NCBI GenBank assembly: GCA_038046485.1 | Contig: JBBSWA010000019.1 | Coordinates: forward strand, 1-18,003 | Length of the DNA stretch: 18,003 nucleotides | Origin: Nanobdellota archaeon | GTDB taxonomy: Archaea > Nanobdellota > Nanobdellia > Woesearchaeales > SM23-78 | Direction: 5' to 3' | Shown: positions 13,116 through 18,003 of the stretch, piece after piece | How the letters are laid out: every line of letters begins with the position of its first letter | Numbering within the stretch: the first letter of the stretch is position 1 | Made by a program: the position numbers and the translations under genes | Notes under the pieces: generated by a model | What the model was told of the DNA's origin: nothing | The model's database searches: none | What the model saw: the letters and a program-made list of their open reading frames with translations, nothing else

Positions 13116-13304
13116 ATGAAAGACAGCAAAACCAGCGAACTAGTCGCGCCAGAGTTACAGACGCCAACAAACCTAGAGCAGCAAGAAAAGATTGAAGTCG
13201 TCCTCTTCGATTATGAAGATGATGAATGTGCCTTCACTCTATCGTTTGAGTTCGTCTACACCTACAACCACAAGCTACAACAAGGCTTTGTCGAAATTCG
13301 CTAA
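13116..13304 (+). CDS. Small acidic hypothetical protein (62 aa)
   Basis: The product is MKDSKTSELVAPELQTPTNLEQQEKIEVVLFDYEDDECAFTLSFEFVYTYNHKLQQGFVEIR. The SD-like GTGAGA lies 3 nt before the ATG. The ORF ends 13 nt before the next gene's AGGAG-led ATG. Its codon style matches the 138-aa gene. Confidence 0.5.
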   Translation: MKDSKTSELVAPELQTPTNLEQQEKIEVVLFDYEDDECAFTLSFEFVYTYNHKLQQGFVEIR

Positions 13305-13317
13305 AACAGGAGCGAAG

Positions 13318-13932
13318 ATGGAGCAGGAATTATTATTTACTGCATCCAAATGGGAGATCATCAAGCTGATCACAGCAAATGACCGCTCCCCGTTAGAGTT
13401 AGCTCAACTTCTGCATACTTCTGTTGCCAACATCAGCCAGCAGTTAAAAGGCTTGGAAACAGCAGGTTTGGTTAAGAAAGAGCGCATTAAGAATGGAGGC
13501 AAGGGCCTTCCTCGCTTATTATACTCATTAGCAAACGATTGTTCCTACTTGATTACGGCCGCAAAGGATTTTGCCGGTAAGAAATTAGTTCCTCTTTCAG
13601 CCTACAACAAAATCATCTTAAAGATCTGGTTCTTAGATAACCCTGAACAACGTTATCCATTAGAAAAAGCCTTTTGGAACATGGAGCCCTACTGGGAAAA
13701 GATCGATGGCTTGTTCCTGGACCAATACATGAGTACCGATGACCTTCACCTGATGGTCGTTTCCAAGTCAAAGCAAGTCGGCAGTCTCTGCCCCTTAATC
13801 TCCAAATCTGAAGGCAAGTCTTGCAAGACCCATTTCCATGTCTTTAGCCCAGAAGATTGGAAAAAGGAGCTCACCAAGCGTGAAGCAAAGGATTTCTATG
13901 CGTTGTATGATCCGAATAAGTTTGTATCATAA
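13318..13932 (+). CDS. ArsR-like winged-helix transcriptional regulator with an uncharacterised C-terminal domain
   Basis: The start MEQELLF at 13318 is preceded by AGGAG (13306-13310). The wHTH segment is KWEIIKLITANDRSPLELAQLLHTSVANISQQLKGLETAGLVKKERI. The 5' part of the ORF-track call (13192-13317) overlaps the 62-aa ORF in another frame. Confidence 0.8.
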   Translation: MEQELLFTASKWEIIKLITANDRSPLELAQLLHTSVANISQQLKGLETAGLVKKERIKNGGKGLPRLLYSLANDCSYLITAAKDFAGKKLVPLSAYNKIILKIWFLDNPEQRYPLEKAFWNMEPYWEKIDGLFLDQYMSTDDLHLMVVSKSKQVGSLCPLISKSEGKSCKTHFHVFSPEDWKKELTKREAKDFYALYDPNKFVS

Positions 13933-13970
13933 CACGAAAAGTTTAAAAAAAGATACTCTTATACGATACT

Positions 13971-15053
13971 GTGAAATTTCAAAAGGCCTGTTTTTCATTC
14001 ATTTTACTTATTCTACTTGTTGGGTGCAGTACCAATAAAAACGTAGAAATGCCGGTTAAGATTGGAGCAGTCTTGAGTCTTACAGGCTTTGCAGCGTATT
14101 ATGGAGAAAACTCAAAGAACGGAATGGATCTGGCAGTAGACGAGATCAACCAAGCAGGAGGAATCAATGGAATTCCATTACAGATCATTTATGAAGATGA
14201 CGCAACCGATGGAAAAACAGCCGTTACAGCCGCTCAAAAGATGATTGACACAGATAAGATAGCCGCACTCCTAGGCGGAACATGGGATGTTTCTCTTGGT
14301 GCCATGGTTCCGATTGCAGACAGTTCTAAGATATTACTTATCAACCCTTCTACAGGTAACAATGAAGAAGGTACTCGTTTAAGTCCTTACCTCTTTAGGT
14401 TATGGTCTCCAACAGCAAAAAAGGTTCGGGCATATGCTCCGATTCTCGATAAAGAAAACATAAAAACGGTTGTTTTATTCAGGAACAGCGGAGCTTGGGC
14501 ATTAGGACATAAAAAAGCTTTAGAAAAATTACTAAAAGAAAGAGGAGGTTCTTTGTTTGGAGATATAGTTGGAGTAAATGTGGACGACAATAATTTCTAC
14601 ACGGAGATAACCAAAGCTAAGTCACTCAGCCCGGATGCGGTCTTCCTTGCGCTTGGTTTAGGAGATACAAGCAACGTCATCCGACGAATGAAAGAGCAAG
14701 GTTTTAAGGCCAAAATACTAGGTGCAGAAGGTACTATGGAAGTGGTAACCAAAAACATGATAGTCCCACAAGACGCAGAAGGTGCCTATTTTGTAGACCT
14801 TGTTTCTACCGACCCAGGCTTTATAGAGAAATACACGGCCAAGTACGGAAAGCCACCAGGAATATCAGCAGATACAGCCTACAAAGCGGTTCAAGTGCTT
14901 GCGCAAGCCTATAAAACAACAGGCACTACAGATACGGAAAAAATAAGAGCTTATTTACAAAGCCTACCTTTGTTTGATGAATATGGGGATATTATAATGC
15001 AAATTCCTATCTACCAAATTCAGTCAGGTAAACCAGTGCTTGTCTCTAAATAA
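13971..15053 (+). CDS. ABC-transporter substrate-binding lipoprotein, branched-chain amino-acid (LivJ/Peripla_BP_6) type
   Basis: The signal peptide carries a lipobox-like LLVGC|S. KIGAVLSLTG..YG.....G..LAVDEINQAGGINGIPLQIIYEDD is typical of Leu/Ile/Val-binding proteins. The TATA-like TTTAAAAA at 13942-13949 is about 25 nt upstream of the GTG start. Confidence 0.9.
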   Translation: MKFQKACFSFILLILLVGCSTNKNVEMPVKIGAVLSLTGFAAYYGENSKNGMDLAVDEINQAGGINGIPLQIIYEDDATDGKTAVTAAQKMIDTDKIAALLGGTWDVSLGAMVPIADSSKILLINPSTGNNEEGTRLSPYLFRLWSPTAKKVRAYAPILDKENIKTVVLFRNSGAWALGHKKALEKLLKERGGSLFGDIVGVNVDDNNFYTEITKAKSLSPDAVFLALGLGDTSNVIRRMKEQGFKAKILGAEGTMEVVTKNMIVPQDAEGAYFVDLVSTDPGFIEKYTAKYGKPPGISADTAYKAVQVLAQAYKTTGTTDTEKIRAYLQSLPLFDEYGDIIMQIPIYQIQSGKPVLVSK

Positions 15054-15105
15054 GCTTGTGCCGATCTCATTAATTTGAGCCTCAATCCAACACTCTTCCA
15101 ATTAC

Positions 15106-15432
15106 CTATCTCACCACCACCTTCACCTTCTGCGATCTTTTCTTCAAGTCTTCCAAAACAAGCTTATCGTCAACTTCCATGAGCTTCTGGATGACCGCAT
15201 TGTCTTTGTTCAATTTGAACAGTTTGGCTTTCCCAATGATTCTTGTAGGCAAAATAATGTTGTTTTTGATCAAGCCTTCCCAGATCCGGTACAGTGTAGA
15301 CCTTCCTATGCCAGCGTTCTTAGCCAAGTCCGTGATGGAAAAGTCCAGCTCTCGCTCCGTAAGCAAATAGTCCAAAACACGTATCGTGGGAGAGTCTCCC
15401 ATAAACTCGATGAACAAGGATGTTTCTTCCAT
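15106..15432 (-). CDS. Small winged-helix DNA-binding protein (108 aa)
   Basis: The HTH is ITDLAKNAGIGRSTLYRIWEGLIKNNIILPTRIIGKAKLFKLN. The minus-strand TATA ATATTTAAATAGG (about 15452-15464) lies about 27 nt from ATG 15432, which fits a leaderless transcript. Confidence 0.8.
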   Translation of the reverse strand: MEETSLFIEFMGDSPTIRVLDYLLTERELDFSITDLAKNAGIGRSTLYRIWEGLIKNNIILPTRIIGKAKLFKLNKDNAVIQKLMEVDDKLVLEDLKKRSQKVKVVVR

Positions 15433-15470
15433 AATGGAAAGAATACCCCAACCTATTTAAATATTCCTAT

Positions 15471-15492
15471 ATTGATACAATATTGTATCAAT
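15471..15492. promoter_or_regulatory. 22-bp perfect palindrome ATTGATACAATATTGTATCAAT; candidate operator in a divergent promoter region
   Basis: The palindrome was verified base by base. It lies immediately upstream of the TATA box of the 108-aa wHTH gene and about 55 bp upstream of the TATA (TTTTATA, 15544-15550) of the 91-aa gene. Confidence 0.7.
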
Positions 15493-15571
15493 TTAGGATT
15501 ATCCGATAAAACCGAAAACCTTCCGGAAAATCCAAGCGAGATTTTTTATAGGAAGTATCTTCTGCCAAATT

Positions 15572-15847
15572 ATGAGCTTTACAAAGGAGGAGATCAAGCA
15601 ACGAATCATCAGAAAGTTAGTGAAATGGAAAAAGTGGGGCGGCGCACACACCGAGAACATCCTAAACGGCTTGCCTTCCCATATCAGAGGAGAAAAAGTA
15701 ACAAAAGAAGCATTAAAAGAACTAGAGCGGGACGGCTGGATCCTACCCGCAAAGAAAACGAAAGAGATCCATTATTCGCTCAATCCAGAGAAAACAGCTG
15801 AGATCCTACAATTCTACGAAAAATATTGCAAGCAGGAAAATGACTAA
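15572..15847 (+). CDS. Small hypothetical protein (91 aa), possibly winged-helix-like
   Basis: The product is MSFTKEEIKQRIIRKLVKWKKWGGAHTENILNGLPSHIRGEKVTKEALKELERDGWILPAKKTKEIHYSLNP.... The TATA is about 25 nt upstream, which fits a leaderless transcript. The overlapping alternative-frame ORF 15472-15801 would include the palindrome and promoter, so it is not preferred. Confidence 0.65.
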   Translation: MSFTKEEIKQRIIRKLVKWKKWGGAHTENILNGLPSHIRGEKVTKEALKELERDGWILPAKKTKEIHYSLNPEKTAEILQFYEKYCKQEND

Positions 15848-15919
15848 TTTTGTACAGACTGGATGAAGAGTCAATCGACGCAAAAAAGCTTATAAACCCC
15901 TTCCACGTTCTTGACGAGC

Positions 15920-16372
15920 ATGGGTGAAGAGTTTGATCGTCTCAAGAAAAAGTACAATCTACCCTCTTTTGAGGTCTTAAACAATGAATTGGACCTAAGC
16001 GGAAGCGAAGAGGCCGAAAACCTCTTACGTTGGATAATGAAGCAAATGGGCGATCGGTTAGAATTCTTCTCCGACATGGTGGGTAACTTATTGCAACCCG
16101 ATAGCAATCCAAGTAATATTTATGAGTTAAGTGCCTTCTCAGAGGAAGAACGAGAAAAACTTCCAAGAATATACAAGGATCTTATGTTCCTTCATAGGGA
16201 GTATATGGAACAGGAATTAAATTATAAAGAAGAAAATTGCGCCCTATTCATACTTCATTTTATGAAAGAGTGGGAAGGCTTAAAAAAAGACCTCACAAGC
16301 ATATTAGGGGTTATGAAACGTTCGTGGAAGGGAGAAAACGCATTAAAGTCAGATTTAGTGTATTATGGGTGA
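15920..16372 (+). CDS. Hypothetical protein (150 aa) overlapping the adk start
   Basis: ATG 15920 (MGEEFDRLKKKYNLPSFEVL...) lies about 29 nt from the TATA-like CTTATAAA (15887-15894). The 3' end overlaps the adk start by 8 nt, so the two genes are probably co-transcribed. No family was recognised. Confidence 0.7.
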   Translation: MGEEFDRLKKKYNLPSFEVLNNELDLSGSEEAENLLRWIMKQMGDRLEFFSDMVGNLLQPDSNPSNIYELSAFSEEEREKLPRIYKDLMFLHREYMEQELNYKEENCALFILHFMKEWEGLKKDLTSILGVMKRSWKGENALKSDLVYYG

Positions 16373-17021
16373 ACTAAAGTTGAACATCATCATTATGGGG
16401 GCCCAAGGCTCAGGTAAGGATACACAAGGAGAACGCCTAGCATCAGTTCTAAAAATTCCGTTGGTGACTTCAGGAGATGTTTTTAGAGCAATAGCAAAAG
16501 AGAATTCTCCTAGAGGGAAAGAAGTAAAAAAGCTCTTAGACTCAGGTAACCTAGGGAGTGATGAAATGATCAACGGTTTCATCAAAGAGCGTCTCTTACA
16601 GGAAGATTGTAAGAAGGGTTTTATTCTAAATGGCTATCCTCGGAATCTCAACCAAGTTAGGTTTTTAGATTCCACAATTAAAATCGAAAAAGTGGTGGTC
16701 TTGGACATTGCAGAGAAAGTGGCCATCGAACGCATCTCTTCAAGAAGGGTGTGTAAGAAGTGCAATGCCAGTTACAATTTAAAGACCATGCCTCCTCACA
16801 TGGAAGGGATGTGCGATCGATGCGGAGAAGAGCTCGTGCAAAGAGAAGACGATCATCCTTCCGCCATTAAGAAGCGCTTGCAGATTTATCATGAAAAGAC
16901 AACCCAGATCATAAACTATTATAAGAAGAAGCACCTCGTGGTAAAAGTGGATGGGGCAAAACCAATTGAAGAAGTGCAAAAGGGTTTGTTAAGGTTGTTA
17001 AGAGCGAGGAAGAAAAAATGA
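16365..17021 (+). CDS. adk: Adenylate kinase, bacterial-type long form with a Cys4 zinc lid
   Basis: The P-loop is IMGAQGSGKDTQ. The NMP-binding region is TSGDVFR and the lid is CKKCNASYNL...CDRCGEELVQREDD. The product is 218 aa. Confidence 0.95.
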   Translation: MGELKLNIIIMGAQGSGKDTQGERLASVLKIPLVTSGDVFRAIAKENSPRGKEVKKLLDSGNLGSDEMINGFIKERLLQEDCKKGFILNGYPRNLNQVRFLDSTIKIEKVVVLDIAEKVAIERISSRRVCKKCNASYNLKTMPPHMEGMCDRCGEELVQREDDHPSAIKKRLQIYHEKTTQIINYYKKKHLVVKVDGAKPIEEVQKGLLRLLRARKKK

Positions 17022-17125
17022 ACAACCTTACCAAATTAAAAGAGATAAGATCTAAAAGTAAGGTTGTTCAGGCCAAAAAAGGTACCCAACCAAAAGCATT
17101 AAAAAATGTGAGGTATCTTTTTTGA
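17018..17125 (+). CDS. Possible 35-aa basic micro-ORF filling the adk-HAD gap
   Basis: The product would be MNNLTKLKEIRSKSKVVQAKKGTQPKALKNVRYLF. Its ATG overlaps the adk stop (ATGA, 17018-17021) and its stop lies 2 nt before the HAD ATG. The same DNA could instead form an 11-bp inverted repeat, so coding status is uncertain. Confidence 0.3.
   Translation: MNNLTKLKEIRSKSKVVQAKKGTQPKALKNVRYLF
17020..17069 (+). repeat. 11-bp perfect inverted repeat (GAACAACCTTA ... TAAGGTTGTTC) with a 28-nt spacer at the adk 3' end
   Basis: The arms at 17020-17030 and 17059-17069 were verified base by base. A T6 run follows at 17117-17122. Confidence 0.6.
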
Positions 17126-17127
17126 GC

Positions 17128-17805
17128 ATGAAATCAAATATAAAAGCAGTTATTTTTGATTGGGGTGGAATTATTGTTACCGATGGATTTAAGCGAATCG
17201 TTCCTATTTTATCTAAGAAGATCGCGATTTCCGAGGAAGAATTATACCGCGCCTATCTAGACACCATTGATCCCAATTACATAAAGGGTTTAATTAAGGT
17301 GGAAGATCGCTGGAACGCCATGTTTGATAAGTTAGGCATCCGAGCGCCCTTAAGAGATTTCTTAATGGAAGTTCATAAGATTTACCAACCCATCAAGGGC
17401 TCTATTGAACTCATTCCCAAGTTGAAGCAAGCCGGGCTTAAAGTGGGAATCATATCAAATCAGAGCGAAGACACCCTCACCTATCTAAAAGAAAAATATC
17501 CTACGTTATTCAAGCTCTTTGATTTCTACATTTGGTCCTGTGAATTAGGCTATGCAAAGCCCGATCAGCGCATGTATGAAAAGGCCTTGGAAGCCGTAGG
17601 CGTTCCTGCAGATGACTGTCTTTACATTGATGACAATGACAAGTTCTTGGATAAGGCCAAGCACTTGGGTTTTCACACCTTAAAATTTCAAAGTCCAGAA
17701 CAACTGCACCAAGCATTCATTACAGGAAAAATCTTAAAAGAAGATCCACCTGAGCGGGATCGCGACGCATTACAGAAAAATTATAAGTTTGTGGGTAAAC
17801 TTTAA
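17128..17805 (+). CDS. HAD-superfamily hydrolase (subfamily IA-like)
   Basis: Motif I is VIFDWGGII; the second position is Gly rather than Asp. Motif II is IISNQ. Motifs III/IV are AKPD...YIDDNDKFLDKAKHLG. ATG 17128 is preferred to the TTG 17122 of the ORF track. Confidence 0.9.
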   Translation: MKSNIKAVIFDWGGIIVTDGFKRIVPILSKKIAISEEELYRAYLDTIDPNYIKGLIKVEDRWNAMFDKLGIRAPLRDFLMEVHKIYQPIKGSIELIPKLKQAGLKVGIISNQSEDTLTYLKEKYPTLFKLFDFYIWSCELGYAKPDQRMYEKALEAVGVPADDCLYIDDNDKFLDKAKHLGFHTLKFQSPEQLHQAFITGKILKEDPPERDRDALQKNYKFVGKL

Positions 17806-17875
17806 GCATTTTCTTAATTTTCATATGCGATCAAGTGTTCCAAGATGAATAAAACCCTGTTTTCAGGTTTTTAAA

Positions 17876-18003
17876 TGTTTAAGACTAAAAACCAATTTTA
17901 CCATAACATCGAACTGTACCAGATTAGTGAGCCTAATGCCGACGATAAAGGCTTAAGCGGTAATCAAATCTCATCATTTTCTCGTCTGCAAACTCAATTA
18001 TAA
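17876..18003 (+). CDS. Possible 5' end of an ORF running off the window
   Basis: From ATG 17876 the frame (MFKTKNQFYHNIELYQISEPNADDKGLSGNQISSFSRLQTQL...) stays open to the window edge. No motif was recognised. Confidence 0.25.

Noticed and set aside
13192-13317. N-terminal extension of the wHTH ORF (MKSSSSIMKMMNVPSLYRLSSSTPTTTS...)
   Set aside because: It overlaps the 62-aa ORF in another frame and is of low complexity. ATG 13318 has an AGGAG SD and starts the wHTH domain.
11898-13932. Integrated element using the tRNA-Arg gene as an attachment site
   Set aside because: No integrase or recombinase gene is present and no duplicated tRNA fragment (att repeat) was found. The compositionally odd genes lie on the 5' side of the tRNA, not the 3' side.
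15472-15801. 109-aa ORF in an alternative frame overlapping the 91-aa gene
   Set aside because: It would begin inside the 22-bp palindrome and include the TATA box at 15544-15550. Its R/K/P-rich composition looks like an out-of-frame artefact.

Overview
This is a densely packed archaeal chromosomal segment of about 42% GC. The archaeal call rests on GatD/GatE, CDP-archaeol synthase, BRE/TATA-type promoters about 25-28 nt upstream of many start codons, and an intron-containing tRNA. It looks like a small-genome, DPANN-like lineage, but that is inference only. Recognisable genes are thrS, gatD, gatE, a lipid head-group cluster (psd-pssA-carS), an Lrp/AsnC regulator, an (alpha/alpha)6-barrel hydrolase-like gene, a VOC/glyoxalase protein, a tRNA-Arg(CCU), an orphan LivJ-type substrate-binding lipoprotein, several small wHTH proteins, a bacterial-type Zn-lid adenylate kinase and a HAD hydrolase. 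Four observations stand out. (1) A 22-codon micro-ORF with its own TATA box and SD carries seven consecutive Thr codons, is followed by a T6 tract and lies 66-75 nt upstream of thrS. This is a candidate threonine-sensing leader-peptide attenuator in an archaeon. (2) The tRNA-Arg(CCU) gene is interrupted by two introns, one at 37/38 and one in the T-loop, and is hidden inside an over-extended ORF call. (3) GatE is only 474 aa and appears to lack the AspRS-like insertion domain; gatD is translationally coupled to a small gene for a protein with a polybasic tail. (4) A GC3-rich three-gene module at 12.5-13.9 kb contains nested perfect palindromes, and a 22-bp perfect palindrome sits between two divergent small wHTH-like genes. 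No CRISPR array, rRNA gene, transposase or integrase was seen. All functional calls come from reading motifs by eye; no database search was possible.
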